Origin: Lachnoclostridium sp. UBA3320
GTDB lineage: Bacteria; Bacillota; Clostridia; Lachnospirales; Lachnospiraceae
Assembly (NCBI GenBank): GCA_002361175.1
Contig: DESG01000035.1
Span: 3,275-67,274 of the forward strand
Direction: 5' to 3'
Length of the DNA stretch: 64,000 nt
Below the pieces are notes generated by a model that was not told the DNA's origin, searched no databases, and was given only the letters and a program-made list of their open reading frames with translations. A program made the translations under genes and the position numbers. Positions 48,503 through 59,019 of this stretch are shown here, in pieces. Position 1 is the stretch's first letter. Each line of letters starts with the position of its first letter.

Positions 48503-50281
48503 ATGAAAAATTTAAAAGTATTAACAAAAATGGTATTGCTAGAATTTGCAATAGCAGCTTTTACTATATTTAGTATCTGTTTTTCAATTAGTAGCATGAC
48601 ATCTGTTAAAAGTGAGATAATTAAAAATGAAGAAGAAAATATTAGAGCCAATTACGATGAGAATATAAAAAGTCAAGTTGATTTAGCAGTTTCAATTCTT
48701 GATATATACAATTCCAAAATAGAATCAGGGGTTTATTCTAAAGAAGAGGGAACTAAACTTGCTGCTGATGAAATAAGAGAGTTAAGATATGGTGAAGATG
48801 GGTATTTTTGGGTTGATAGGTCAGATGGTGTGAATGTGGTATTGCTTGGCAGTGATACCGAAGGGACAAACCGTATGGACGCAAAAGATAGCAATGGTTT
48901 TGATTTTATAAGAAACTTAATTACAAATTCAATGAGGGATGGAAGCTGTTACCTTGATTATAGTTTTCCTAAAAATGGTGAGACAGAGTCATCGCCAAAA
49001 AGGGGATATGCAGTATATTACGAGCCTTTTGAATGGGTAATTGGAACAGGAAATTATACAGACAATATTGATGAAAATATTACTAATGTTACTAAAGAAG
49101 CCAACCAGTATACAAATAGCAAAACAATGCAGTTTTTGTTTATATGTATTGTATTTATAATAGTGATTATTTTGTTTTCGTCAGGCGTAATTTTGAATAT
49201 AACAAGACCTTTAAAAATGGTGGGCAATAATATTAAAAAAATGTCAGATGGCAATTTTTCTATACAAGTAGAAGACAAGCTTTTAAAACGCAAAGATGAT
49301 TTTGGGAAACTTTCAAATATTACTGAAAAAATGCGTAACAATATAGGAGAATTGGTCAGTGATGTAAAAGAAGAAACCAAGATGATAACAGGAAGTATAA
49401 GTGGAATACATACTAACATGAATAATCTTAGCAAAGAAATTGATGATGTATCATCAACAACTGTACAACTTTCAGCTTCAATGGAAGAGACATCAGCTGC
49501 ATCAGGTAATATAAATGGAATGACTGGGGAAATTGAAGACGCTGCAAGAAATGTTGCAGAACGTGCACAGGCAGGAGCTGAACGTGCACAGGATATATAT
49601 AAGAAAGCCTCTGATGCAAAAAATTCTACTGATGAAATGAGAAGCCAGCTTATAAGTCAAAAAGAAATGATAAAAACTAACTTAAATGAAGCACTTGAGA
49701 AAGTAAAGGTAGTTTCACAGATTTCAACATTGGCAGAATCTATTATGGAAATAACAACACAAACAAATCTTTTATCACTTAACGCAAGTATTGAGGCGGC
49801 AAGAGCAGGAGAAGCTGGAAGAGGTTTTGCAGTTGTTGCAGATGAGATACGAAAACTTGCAGAAGAATCACAGAAAAGCACAGAAAATATTAGAATAGTT
49901 ACAGAACAAGTAAATCAATCAGTTGAAAGTTTGGCAAAAGATTCCGAATTACTTCTTTCTTTTATTGACAATCAAGTAATGGATAGTGTGAATGTATTTG
50001 ATAATATTGCAAATAATTATAATGAAGATGCAAAGGAAATTGATTTGCTTGTAGCAGATTTTAGTGCGATTTCGGAAGAACTTCTTGCTTCTATTAACAA
50101 TATTACTGACTCTATAAATCAAATTTCACAGGCAGCAAATGAAAGTGCAACAGGAACTGCTAATATTGCAGAGCGTATCTCTAATATATTAAACGCATCT
50201 GATTCTATAAATATGTCATTAAAAGATGCTAACGAACTGGCGGAAAGACTTAATAATGCAGCAGATAAATTTCAGTTGTAG
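48503..50281 (+). CDS. Methyl-accepting chemotaxis protein with a Cache-type sensor (paralogue 2)
   Basis: Colinear with 44547-46325, same domain order. ATG at 48503. The first 86 codons of the track ORF run through the blaI promoter and gene and are not credible. Confidence 0.9.
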   Translation: MKNLKVLTKMVLLEFAIAAFTIFSICFSISSMTSVKSEIIKNEEENIRANYDENIKSQVDLAVSILDIYNSKIESGVYSKEEGTKLAADEIRELRYGEDGYFWVDRSDGVNVVLLGSDTEGTNRMDAKDSNGFDFIRNLITNSMRDGSCYLDYSFPKNGETESSPKRGYAVYYEPFEWVIGTGNYTDNIDENITNVTKEANQYTNSKTMQFLFICIVFIIVIILFSSGVILNITRPLKMVGNNIKKMSDGNFSIQVEDKLLKRKDDFGKLSNITEKMRNNIGELVSDVKEETKMITGSISGIHTNMNNLSKEIDDVSSTTVQLSASMEETSAASGNINGMTGEIEDAARNVAERAQAGAERAQDIYKKASDAKNSTDEMRSQLISQKEMIKTNLNEALEKVKVVSQISTLAESIMEITTQTNLLSLNASIEAARAGEAGRGFAVVADEIRKLAEESQKSTENIRIVTEQVNQSVESLAKDSELLLSFIDNQVMDSVNVFDNIANNYNEDAKEIDLLVADFSAISEELLASINNITDSINQISQAANESATGTANIAERISNILNASDSINMSLKDANELAERLNNAADKFQL

Positions 50282-50305
50282 TTTTTAAGCAAATAATTAT
50301 TTGCA

Positions 50306-50355
50306 ATTTCCACATGAAAAGAAATAAACATTCAAATTCATGTGGAAATTTTTTT
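50306..50355. terminator. Strong bidirectional terminator between chemoreceptor 2 and but
   Basis: ATTTCCACATGAA (50306-50318) pairs with TTCATGTGGAAAT (50337-50349) in a 13-bp perfect stem, followed by a T-run. Confidence 0.8.
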
Positions 50356-50377
50356 AATTACTTTTTACAACCTTATA

Positions 50378-51721
50378 TTACCTTTTATTGCTATTTCTCC
50401 ATATTTTAAGTTTTTCTGCGTCAGCAATAAGTTTATCTCTAAAGTCAGGATGTGCTACTGATATAATAGCTTCTGCTCTCTGCCATGATGACAGCCCTTT
50501 TAAATTAACTATTCCATATTCAGTTACAAAGTAATGTACATTAGCACGAGTGTCAGTAACGATAGAACCATTGTCTAATGTAGGTTTGATACGTGATTCA
50601 ACTGTGCCATCTTTCTTAGTAAATGTTGAAGACATACATACAAAACTTTTACCACCTTTTGAAAGGTATGCTCCAAGCACAAAATCAAGCTGTCCGCCAG
50701 CACCGCTTATCTGCCTTGTACCTGCTGACTCAGCATTTATCTGACCATACAGGTCTATGTCAACAGCATTGTTTATGGACATAAAGTTGTCTAGTGCTGA
50801 AATAGAACGTATATCGTTTGTATAGCTTACAGGTGCGCTCATACATTCAGGATTGTCATTTATATAGTCATAAAGTTTCTTTGTACCTGCGGCAAATGCG
50901 TATACTTGGCGTCCTTTATCAATCGCTTTCCTGTTGCCTGTAATCTTTCCTGCCTTTGCAATGTCAACAAATGCATCTACATACATTTCGGTATGCACAC
51001 CAAGGTCTTTAAGGTCTGACTGTGCGATAAGTGAGCCTACTGCATTTGGCATACCGCCAATACCAAGCTGTAAGCATGCGCCATCTGGTATTTCATTAAC
51101 AATGTATTTTGCAACTGCTTGGTCAGTTTCTGTAGCAGCACCGCCGCCACCTAGTTCATCAATAGCAGGATTGTCACCTTCAACAATCATAGCAACATCA
51201 TTTATATGTACAGCTTCTTCAAAACCGCCTAGACACCTTGGCATGTTTTTATTCACTTCTACAATTATAACCTCTGCTTTTTCACAGCATGCAGCCATAT
51301 GTGAAGCATTAGGTCCAAAATTAAAGAAACCATGTTCATCCATAGGCGCAACCTGGAACATAGCTACACGTGAAGGAGTGGCAATATCACGGTAGTATCT
51401 TGGCAGTTCACTATAACGAATAGATGCGTAATAAGAAAATCCTTCTGAGATTGCTTTTCTTTCAATGCCGCCCATATGCCATGAGTTCCATGCGAAGTGC
51501 TCTGCAGGATTGTCAATTTTGTAAATTTCTGGAACATGGCATAATATGCCTCCTCTGATATTTACATCAGAAAGTTCTGGCAGGCGCTTTGCAAGGGCGG
51601 CATCAAGAGCTACAGGTGTGCCTACACACCATCCAAAGTCTACCCAGTCACCTGAGTTTACAACTTTTACTGCATCTTCAGCAGTAGTTAGTTTTTGTGA
51701 ATACATTTCCTTATAATCCAT
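50378..51721 (-). CDS. but: Butyryl-CoA:acetate CoA-transferase (acetyl-CoA hydrolase/transferase family)
   Basis: 447 aa. The N-terminus [31 protein letters not shown] and overall length match But-type 4-hydroxybutyrate-CoA-transferase-like enzymes of butyrate-producing Lachnospiraceae. Adjacent to the bcd cluster. Confidence 0.75.
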   Translation of the reverse strand: MDYKEMYSQKLTTAEDAVKVVNSGDWVDFGWCVGTPVALDAALAKRLPELSDVNIRGGILCHVPEIYKIDNPAEHFAWNSWHMGGIERKAISEGFSYYASIRYSELPRYYRDIATPSRVAMFQVAPMDEHGFFNFGPNASHMAACCEKAEVIIVEVNKNMPRCLGGFEEAVHINDVAMIVEGDNPAIDELGGGGAATETDQAVAKYIVNEIPDGACLQLGIGGMPNAVGSLIAQSDLKDLGVHTEMYVDAFVDIAKAGKITGNRKAIDKGRQVYAFAAGTKKLYDYINDNPECMSAPVSYTNDIRSISALDNFMSINNAVDIDLYGQINAESAGTRQISGAGGQLDFVLGAYLSKGGKSFVCMSSTFTKKDGTVESRIKPTLDNGSIVTDTRANVHYFVTEYGIVNLKGLSSWQRAEAIISVAHPDFRDKLIADAEKLKIWRNSNKR

Positions 51722-51971
51722 AAATTACCTCCTTATTGTTTGTTACTTATAAGTCTGTGGGATGTTCACCATGCTGGGGTTACACCCTGTCATTAATAAA
51801 ATACCATGTTTTAATTGTGCACGTCAATGCATTAATAAAATATAACTAAAAAAATATATTAGAGTTTCGGTGTTTGGTTATATTGTAATAATTTTCCAAT
51901 AAGAATTTGTTGATTTTTAATAAAATTTATAAAATATACTCAAAATATGCATATTATTTTATCAAAAAAAC

Positions 51972-52000
51972 TTGCCAATTTAGTCATTTTGGTATATTAT
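51972..52000 (+). promoter_or_regulatory. Candidate promoter of the thl-crt-hbd-bcd-etfBA operon
   Basis: TTGCCA (51972-51977), 17-nt spacer, TATTAT (51995-52000). An alternative extended -10 is TGgTATATT. Confidence 0.35.
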
Positions 52001-52091
52001 ATTTAGGTAGATTGCCTAAAGTTGTAATATCTGTGCAAAACATAGATAGCTTGTGCTGTCGGAATTCAATTATAAGGAGGAATTTAGTATT

Positions 52092-53285
52092 ATGGCAAAA
52101 AAAGTAGTTATAGCAGGCGCATGCCGTACTGCGATTGGCAAAATGGGTGGAGGCTTAAGTAAAACTCCGGCTTCTGTTTTAGGCTCAATAGTTATTAAAG
52201 AAGCTCTTGAGAGAGCTGGCGTACCAGCGGACAAGGTTGACCAAGTATATATGGGTTGCGTTATACAGGCAGGTCTTGGACAAAACGTTGCACGCCAGGC
52301 TTCAATTAAAGCAGGACTGCCAATTGAAACACCAGCAGTTACAATAAACGTTGTTTGTGGTTCAGGACTTAATTGTGTAAATATGGCTGCACAGATGATA
52401 CAGACAGGAGATGCTGATATCGTTGTTGCAGGCGGTATGGAAAATATGTCAATGGCACCATATGCAATGATGCAGGGCCGCTATGGTTACCGTATGAACA
52501 ATGGACAGTTAGTTGATACAATGATTAATGACGCATTGTGGGATGCTTTCAATCAGTATCACATGATGATTACAGCAGAAAATGTTGCAGAGAAATGGAA
52601 TCTTACACGTGAAGAACTTGACGAATTCGCTGCAAACAGCCAGCAGAAATGTGAAGCTGCTATTAACGCAGGCAAATTTGATGATGAAATTGTTCCTGTA
52701 CAGACAGGCGTTGACAGGAAGACAAAAGAGCCAATAATCTTTAATAAAGATGAAGGCCCACGTCCTGGAACAACAGCTGAGGGCTTAAGCAAATTAAAAT
52801 GCTGCTCTGGCAAAGAGGGTGGTGTTGTTACAGCAGGTAATGCATCAGGTATTAATGATGGTGCAGCAGCAGTCGTTGTTATGAGTGAAGAAAAGGCTAA
52901 AGAACTTGGTGTTACACCTATGGCTACATTTATAGCTGGTGCACTTGGCGGTGTAGATCCTGCAATTATGGGTGTAGGTCCAGTTGCTTCAACAAAGAAA
53001 GTTCTTGCAAAGACAGGCCTTTCAATTAATGATTTTGACCTTATTGAAGCAAATGAAGCTTTTGCTGCACAGTCTGTTGCAGTTGGAAAAGAACTTGGAT
53101 TTGACCTTAGTAAATTAAATGTAAATGGTGGTGCTATTGCACTTGGACATCCTGTAGGTGCTTCAGGCTGCCGTATTCTTGTAACACTCCTTCATGAGAT
53201 GAAGAAGACAGGAGCAAACAGAGGTCTTGCTACACTTTGTATTGGTGGTGGCATGGGCTGCTCAACAGTTGTTGAAAAATATTAA
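52092..53285 (+). CDS. thl: Acetyl-CoA C-acetyltransferase (thiolase)
   Basis: [18 protein letters not shown]-terminus after AAGGAGG. Active-site Cys (VCGSGL), and the [10 protein letters not shown] and CIGGGMG motifs. Confidence 0.93.
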   Translation: MAKKVVIAGACRTAIGKMGGGLSKTPASVLGSIVIKEALERAGVPADKVDQVYMGCVIQAGLGQNVARQASIKAGLPIETPAVTINVVCGSGLNCVNMAAQMIQTGDADIVVAGGMENMSMAPYAMMQGRYGYRMNNGQLVDTMINDALWDAFNQYHMMITAENVAEKWNLTREELDEFAANSQQKCEAAINAGKFDDEIVPVQTGVDRKTKEPIIFNKDEGPRPGTTAEGLSKLKCCSGKEGGVVTAGNASGINDGAAAVVVMSEEKAKELGVTPMATFIAGALGGVDPAIMGVGPVASTKKVLAKTGLSINDFDLIEANEAFAAQSVAVGKELGFDLSKLNVNGGAIALGHPVGASGCRILVTLLHEMKKTGANRGLATLCIGGGMGCSTVVEKY

Positions 53286-53316
53286 TTTAGAACAGAACTA
53301 GTTTGTACTTAAAATA

Positions 53317-53365
53317 TGCACCTTGGTGTAGCTTCAGAGAGAGACTGGCTGCTGCACGTGGTGCA
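53317..53365 (+). other. GC-rich stem-loop in the thl-crt spacer
   Basis: TGCACC (53317-53322) pairs with GGTGCA (53360-53365). Inner pairs are GTG/CAC and TAGC/GCTG, with a loop of about 15 nt. This is the only long (102-nt) spacer inside the operon. Confidence 0.35.
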
Positions 53366-53387
53366 AGCTTTGAGAGGAGTAACCGTG

Positions 53388-54179
53388 ATGGAATTCATTT
53401 TATATGAAGTTAAAGATATGGTCGGAACAATTACAATTAACCGTCCAAAGGCTTTAAATGCATTAAACAGCCAGGTTCTCGAAGAACTTGATGCTACTCT
53501 TGATGCAGTAGATTTAGATACTGTAAGATGCCTTATACTTACAGGTGCAGGTGAAAAGTCATTTGTTGCAGGAGCAGATATTGGTGAGATGAGCACACTT
53601 ACAAAGGCTGAGGGTGAAGCTTTTGGTAAGAAAGGCAATGATGTATTCCGCAAGCTTGAAACATTTCCAATTCCTGTAATTGCAGCAATCAACGGTTTTG
53701 CACTTGGCGGTGGCTGTGAGATTTCAATGAGCTGTGATATACGTATCTGCTCAGAAAATGCAGTATTTGGGCAGCCAGAAGTAGGTCTTGGAATTACACC
53801 AGGTTTTGGCGGCACACAGAGGCTTGCAAGAATAGTCAGCGTTGGAATGGCTAAACAGATGATTTATACAGCAAGAAATATTAAAGCAGATGAGGCATAT
53901 CGTATTGGTCTTGTAAATGCAGTTTATCCAGCAGAGGAACTTATTCCACAGGCCCAGAAGCTTGCTGCTACAATTGCAAAGAATGCACCTATAGCAGTGC
54001 GCAACTGCAAGAAAGCTATTAATGACGGCTTACAGACAGATATGGACAGTGCACTTGTAATAGAGGAAAAACTCTTTGGTGACTGCTTCGAGACAGAAGA
54101 CCAGAAAGCAGGTATGGGCAACTTCCTTGAGAAGGATAAAGAAAAGAAATTAAAGGTAGTTCCATTTAAAAACTGCTAA
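53388..54179 (+). CDS. crt: Short-chain enoyl-CoA hydratase (crotonase)
   Basis: MEFILYEVKDMVGTITINRPKALNAL…GAGEKSFVAGADI…GGGCE motifs. The upstream 24 codons of the track ORF lack support. Confidence 0.92.
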   Translation: MEFILYEVKDMVGTITINRPKALNALNSQVLEELDATLDAVDLDTVRCLILTGAGEKSFVAGADIGEMSTLTKAEGEAFGKKGNDVFRKLETFPIPVIAAINGFALGGGCEISMSCDIRICSENAVFGQPEVGLGITPGFGGTQRLARIVSVGMAKQMIYTARNIKADEAYRIGLVNAVYPAEELIPQAQKLAATIAKNAPIAVRNCKKAINDGLQTDMDSALVIEEKLFGDCFETEDQKAGMGNFLEKDKEKKLKVVPFKNC

Positions 54180-54249
54180 TTAATGTAGATTAAGGCTATC
54201 ACGCAGATGGTGCGTGGATAAATTATAGATTAGTTATGGAGGATATAAA

Positions 54250-55092
54250 ATGAAAGTTGGAGTAATTGGCGCAGGTACAATGGGTTCTGGCATAGCACAG
54301 GCATTTGCACAGACAGAAGGATATGAAGTTTATTTATGTGATATTAACGATGAGTTTGCTGCAAATGGCAAGAACAAAATTGCTAAGGGATTTGAAAAGA
54401 GGGTTGCAAAAGGCAAGATGGAGCAGGCTGCTGCTGATGCTATCCTTGCAAAGATTACAACAGGTACAAAAGAGATTTGTACAGATTGTGATTTAATTGT
54501 TGAAGCTGCACTTGAAGTTATGGATATCAAGAAGCAGACATTCAAAGAATTAGAAGAAATCTGCAAAAATGAAAACTGCATTTTTGCAACAAATACATCA
54601 TCACTTTCAGTTACAGAAATTGGCGCTGGCATAAAGAGACCTGTAATCGGCATGCATTTCTTCAACCCAGCTCCTGTAATGAAGCTTATTGAAGTAATCC
54701 GTGGTGAGAATACTACTGACGAAGTAAATGATAAAGTAATTGAAATTTCAAAAGCAATTGGCAAAACTCCTGTAGAAGTTAAAGAAGCTCCAGGCTTTGT
54801 AGTAAACAGGATTCTTATTCCAATGATAAATGAAGCTGTTGGTATTTATGCGGAAGGCATTGCTTCTGTAGAGGGTATTGATACAGCTATGAAGCTTGGT
54901 GCAAACCATCCAATGGGACCTCTTGCTTTAGGTGACTTAGTTGGTCTTGATATATGCCTTGCTATTATGGATGTCCTTTATACTGAAACAGGGGATTCAA
55001 AATACCGTGCACATACACTTCTTAGGAAGATGGTACGTGCTGGCAAGCTTGGTATGAAGACAGGCAAAGGTTTCTATGATTATACAAAATAA
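54250..55092 (+). CDS. hbd: 3-hydroxybutyryl-CoA dehydrogenase
   Basis: GAGTMGSGIA Rossmann motif. Near-colinear with clostridial Hbd (…NTSSLS…HFFNPAPVMKL…GFVVNRIL…). Confidence 0.93.
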   Translation: MKVGVIGAGTMGSGIAQAFAQTEGYEVYLCDINDEFAANGKNKIAKGFEKRVAKGKMEQAAADAILAKITTGTKEICTDCDLIVEAALEVMDIKKQTFKELEEICKNENCIFATNTSSLSVTEIGAGIKRPVIGMHFFNPAPVMKLIEVIRGENTTDEVNDKVIEISKAIGKTPVEVKEAPGFVVNRILIPMINEAVGIYAEGIASVEGIDTAMKLGANHPMGPLALGDLVGLDICLAIMDVLYTETGDSKYRAHTLLRKMVRAGKLGMKTGKGFYDYTK

Positions 55093-55129
55093 TTAAAAGT
55101 ATATTTTATGAAAGGTGGTAAAGAAAGGC

Positions 55130-56296
55130 ATGGATTTTACATTAAGTAAAAAGCATGAGATGGCGAGACAGCTTTTCAAAGATTTCGCTGAGAAAGAAGT
55201 TAAGCCTATGGCTCAGGAGGTTGATGAAACTGAGCATTTTCCAATGGACAATGTAAAGAAGATGGGTAAATACGGCTTTATGGGTATTCCTATCCCTAAG
55301 GAGTATGGCGGACAGGGATGTGACATACTTACATATGTTATGTGTGTTGAAGAACTTTCAAAAGTATGCGCTACAACAGGCGTTATCGTATCAGCACATA
55401 CATCACTTTGTGCTGACCCAATCCTTACATATGGTACAGAGGAGCAGAAGAAAAAATATCTTCCTGACCTTGCAAGTGGCAAGAAAATCGGCGCTTTCGG
55501 ACTTACAGAGCCAGGTGCAGGTACAGACGCACAGGGCGTACAGACTAAAGCTGTTCTTGACGGTGACGAATGGGTACTTAATGGTTCCAAATGCTTCATA
55601 ACAAATGGTGAAGTTGCTGATATATATATTATAATTGCATACACAGATGTTGTTGAAAAGAGAGGCAGAAAGGTTAAATCATTCTCTGCATTTATCGTAG
55701 AAAAAGGAACACCTGGCTTCTCATTTGGTACAAAAGAAAAGAAGATGGGTATCCGCGGTTCATCTACTTATGAATTAATATTCCAGGATTGCCGCATTCC
55801 AAAGGATGCTCTTTTAGGACCACAGGGAAAAGGTTTCCCTATTGCTATGCATACTCTTGACGGCGGACGTATTGGTATCGCTTCACAGGCTCTTGGTATT
55901 GCAGAGGGCGCATTAGAAAGAACTATTGAGTATACAAAGGAAAGAAAGCAGTTTGGCCGCACTATTGCACAGCAGCAAAACACTCAGTTCCAGCTTGCTG
56001 ACATGGCTACAAAGGTAGAAGCTGCTAAACACCTTGTATACAAAGCTGCATTAAAGAAACAGGAATTTGCAGAGGGTGCTAAGGTATCTTATTCTGTAGA
56101 AGCTGCTATGGCTAAACTGTATGCTGCAGAAGTTGCAATGGAAGTTACAACAAAGGCAGTACAGTTACATGGTGGTTATGGCTATATCAGAGAATACGAT
56201 GTAGAGCGTATGATGCGTGATGCTAAGATTACAGAAATATACGAGGGAACTTCAGAAGTTCAGCGTATGGTTATCTCAGGCAGCTTATTAAAATAA
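55130..56296 (+). CDS. bcd: Butyryl-CoA dehydrogenase (electron-bifurcating Bcd type)
   Basis: MDFTLSKKHEMARQ… N-terminus, acyl-CoA dehydrogenase signatures (GLTEPGAGTD, QLHGGYGY, IYEGTSEVQ). Confidence 0.92.
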   Translation: MDFTLSKKHEMARQLFKDFAEKEVKPMAQEVDETEHFPMDNVKKMGKYGFMGIPIPKEYGGQGCDILTYVMCVEELSKVCATTGVIVSAHTSLCADPILTYGTEEQKKKYLPDLASGKKIGAFGLTEPGAGTDAQGVQTKAVLDGDEWVLNGSKCFITNGEVADIYIIIAYTDVVEKRGRKVKSFSAFIVEKGTPGFSFGTKEKKMGIRGSSTYELIFQDCRIPKDALLGPQGKGFPIAMHTLDGGRIGIASQALGIAEGALERTIEYTKERKQFGRTIAQQQNTQFQLADMATKVEAAKHLVYKAALKKQEFAEGAKVSYSVEAAMAKLYAAEVAMEVTTKAVQLHGGYGYIREYDVERMMRDAKITEIYEGTSEVQRMVISGSLLK

Positions 56297-56317
56297 TTAT
56301 AAAGGAGTGACAAAGCC

Positions 56318-57103
56318 GTGAAAATAGTAGTATGTATAAAGCAGGTTCCAGATACTAAAGGCGGGGTAAAATTTAACCCTGATGGTACTTTGGACAGGGG
56401 TGCTATGCTTGCGATTATGAATCCTGATGATAAAGCAGGTCTTGAAGCAGCCCTCAGATTAAAAGATGAATATGGTGCAGAAGTTACTGTTGTTACAATG
56501 GGTCTTCCAAAGGCAGAAGAAGCTCTTCGTGAAGCTCTTGCTATGGGTGCTGACAAAGCTATCTTAGTAACGGACAGAGTATTAGGCGGAGCTGATACAT
56601 GGGCTACATCTACAACAGTTGCAGGCGCAATTAGAAATCTTGAATATGATTTGATTATTACTGGCCGTCAGGCTATTGATGGTGATACAGCTCAGGTTGG
56701 TCCTCAGATTTCTGAGCATCTTGACCTTCCAGTTATTTCATACGCAAAGGATATCAAAATTGAAGGCGATTATGTAATAGTACAGCGCCAGTATGATGAC
56801 GGATATCATGTATTAAAGGCTAAGATGCCATGTCTGATTACAGCTCTTTCAGAGTTAAATGAGCCACGTTATATGACTCCAGGCGGGATTTTTGATGCTT
56901 ATGATGCTGAAGTTACAGTATGGGGCAGAAAAGACCTTAAAGATGTTGACGATTCTAATATCGGTTTAGCAGGCTCACCTACTAAGATTGCTAAAGCTTC
57001 TGATAAAGTAAGAAAAGGAGCAGGTGAAGTTAAAACTGACCTTGATGCAGATGGTGCAGTTTCATATATTGTGGGCAAATTAAAAGAGAAACATGTAATC
57101 TAA
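56318..57103 (+). CDS. etfB: Electron transfer flavoprotein beta subunit
   Basis: GTG start, VKIVVCIKQVPD N-terminus, 261 aa. Confidence 0.92.
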   Translation: MKIVVCIKQVPDTKGGVKFNPDGTLDRGAMLAIMNPDDKAGLEAALRLKDEYGAEVTVVTMGLPKAEEALREALAMGADKAILVTDRVLGGADTWATSTTVAGAIRNLEYDLIITGRQAIDGDTAQVGPQISEHLDLPVISYAKDIKIEGDYVIVQRQYDDGYHVLKAKMPCLITALSELNEPRYMTPGGIFDAYDAEVTVWGRKDLKDVDDSNIGLAGSPTKIAKASDKVRKGAGEVKTDLDADGAVSYIVGKLKEKHVI

Positions 57104-57130
57104 CATAGAAAAGGAAAAGTGGTGACTAAA

Positions 57131-58168
57131 ATGGGTTTAGAAGAATATAAAGGTGTCTATGTCTTTGCACAGCAGGTAGACAATAAATTAGGCGGAATCG
57201 CCTTTGAATTACTTGGAAAAGCAAAAGAACTTGCAAAAGACCTGAACACAGATGTTACAGCTATGCTTTTAGGTTCTGGCATCAAAGGTCTTGCAGACCA
57301 GTTAGCCGAATATGGCGCTGATAAGGTTATCGTTGTTGATGACCCTGAATTAAAGGATTACAGGACAGAGCCTTATGCTCATGCAATGGCTTCAATTATC
57401 AATGAGTACAAGCCTGAGATAGTGCTTGTTGGCGCTACTGCAATAGGAAGAGACTTAGGTCCTAGGGTTTCAGCAAGGGTTGCAACAGGTCTTACAGCTG
57501 ACTGTACAGTGCTTGAAATTGGTGATTTCCCTCTTAATCCAATTCCTGGACAGGAGCAGAAGCACAACCAGTTATTAATGACACGTCCTGCATTTGGCGG
57601 CAATACAATCGCTACAATCGCATGCCCAGACAACCGTCCACAGATGGCTACAGTTCGTCCTGGCGTTATGCAAAAGATTGAGCCTATAGCAGGTGCAAAG
57701 GCTGAAATTATAGAATACAATCCTGGCTTTGAGCCAAATGACAAATATGTTGAGATTTTAGAGATAGTTAAAGAAGTTTCTAACACAGTAGATATCATGG
57801 ACGCTAAGATACTTGTATCAGGCGGACGTGGTGTAGGAAGCAAAGAAAACTTCAAGATTCTCCAGGACCTCGCAGATGTAATCGGTGGTACAGTAAGCTG
57901 CTCACGTGCAGTAGTTGACAGTGGCTGGATGCCAAAAGAATTACAAGTTGGACAGACAGGAAAGACAGTACGTCCTAATGTATACTTTGCTATTGGTATT
58001 TCAGGTGCTATTCAGCATGCAGCAGGTATGGAAGAGTCTGATATTATCATCGCAATTAATAAAGATGAGACAGCTCCTATCTTTGAAATAGCTGATTATG
58101 GTGTTGTTGGTGACCTTAATAAAATAGTTCCAAAACTTACAGAGGAATTAAAGAAAGTTGTAAAGTAA
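57131..58168 (+). CDS. etfA: Electron transfer flavoprotein alpha subunit
   Basis: MGLEEYKGVYVFAQQ N-terminus, C-terminal FAD-binding motif (YFAIGISGAIQHAAGM). Confidence 0.92.
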   Translation: MGLEEYKGVYVFAQQVDNKLGGIAFELLGKAKELAKDLNTDVTAMLLGSGIKGLADQLAEYGADKVIVVDDPELKDYRTEPYAHAMASIINEYKPEIVLVGATAIGRDLGPRVSARVATGLTADCTVLEIGDFPLNPIPGQEQKHNQLLMTRPAFGGNTIATIACPDNRPQMATVRPGVMQKIEPIAGAKAEIIEYNPGFEPNDKYVEILEIVKEVSNTVDIMDAKILVSGGRGVGSKENFKILQDLADVIGGTVSCSRAVVDSGWMPKELQVGQTGKTVRPNVYFAIGISGAIQHAAGMEESDIIIAINKDETAPIFEIADYGVVGDLNKIVPKLTEELKKVVK

Positions 58169-58208
58169 AAAGATAGACAGATTTTATTATAGTACTTGTT
58201 TATATAGG

Positions 58209-58243
58209 CAGGGACATCGGACATATCCAGATGTCCCTGTTTT
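58209..58243 (+). terminator. Rho-independent terminator of the butyrate operon
   Basis: CAGGGACATC (58209-58218) pairs with GATGTCCCTG (58230-58239), followed by TTTT. Confidence 0.8.
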
Positions 58244-58292
58244 AAGTTATCAGAAGTAAAAAACTATACGATAAAAATTTAAGGGGAATATT

Positions 58293-58901
58293 ATGTTAGG
58301 AAAAACACACCTTGCTGTTGGGATTGCTGTAGGACTGGCAGTTTTACAGCCAGTGACAATATCCCAGTTAGTAATAGGTATCACTGCATCTGCTGTAGGG
58401 GCACTTATAAGTGATATTGATGTAGATACTTCCATAGCAAGCAAAAGTGCCAGTAAAGTTGCTGGTGTTTATGTGACAGTGGTATTTATAGCAGTTGTTG
58501 TGGAATTTTTATTTCATATTGGCATTGTCAGCTTAATACAAAAAAACAGTATGTGGATGCGAGTTGCTACAGGAATAGCTTTATTTATAAGTGTTTGTGC
58601 TTTTGGAAGAATACAGCCCCACAGGTCATTTATGCATTCATTGTCTGCATTATTAATTTTATCAGGAGCGGCAGCACTTATATGTCAGGCAGCAGTACCA
58701 TACTTTGCGCTTGCTTTTTTAAGCCATATTGCGATGGATTTGCTTAATTATAAAAAAGTGCGCTTATTCTATCCATCACAGAAAGGAGTAAGCTTTAAAT
58801 TATGCCATGCCAAAGGTTTTGTCAATTCAGCATTATTTATTATAGGAACAGCTGCTGTGATAATCGAAATGGCATTATATATATATTATAAAATTTTTTA
58901 A
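58293..58901 (+). CDS. Membrane-bound metal-dependent hydrolase, YdjM/DUF457-like
   Basis: 202 aa polytopic membrane protein with the N-terminal MLGKTHLAVG motif and later His residues (HRSFMHS, SHIAMD). Confidence 0.65.
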   Translation: MLGKTHLAVGIAVGLAVLQPVTISQLVIGITASAVGALISDIDVDTSIASKSASKVAGVYVTVVFIAVVVEFLFHIGIVSLIQKNSMWMRVATGIALFISVCAFGRIQPHRSFMHSLSALLILSGAAALICQAAVPYFALAFLSHIAMDLLNYKKVRLFYPSQKGVSFKLCHAKGFVNSALFIIGTAAVIIEMALYIYYKIF

Positions 58902-59019
58902 GTAAAAAACCTGGGTTTTTTGGAAGTTATTTTATGTTGAGATTGGGAATACTTTAATATATACTTATGCTACATACAATAGTAGTATAAGTTAGCATTT
59001 AAAACCAGGAGGAAATGCC

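Noticed and set aside
51791-51842. 13-nt direct repeat CATTAATAAAATA (51791-51803 and 51830-51842) in the but/thl divergent region.
   Set aside because: It is a pure A/T-rich word in a very AT-rich spacer, and I cannot distinguish it from chance without conservation data. Noted only as a possible regulator site.
51905-51935. Possible Rex operator (TTGTTGATTTTTAATAAA) upstream of thl.
   Set aside because: Only the left half-site resembles TTGTTAA. The right half (TAATAAA vs TTAACAA) is poor, and in this AT-rich region such a match is expected by chance.
53309-53815. Long antisense ORFs inside well-supported genes. Examples: 168 aa opposite crt, 5724-6230 opposite the hydrolase gene, 57379-57855 opposite etfA, 22712-23164 opposite def.
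   Set aside because: They overlap conserved genes on the other strand. They have low-complexity or Ser/Pro/Ile-rich composition typical of antisense frames, lack an RBS and show no recognisable motifs.
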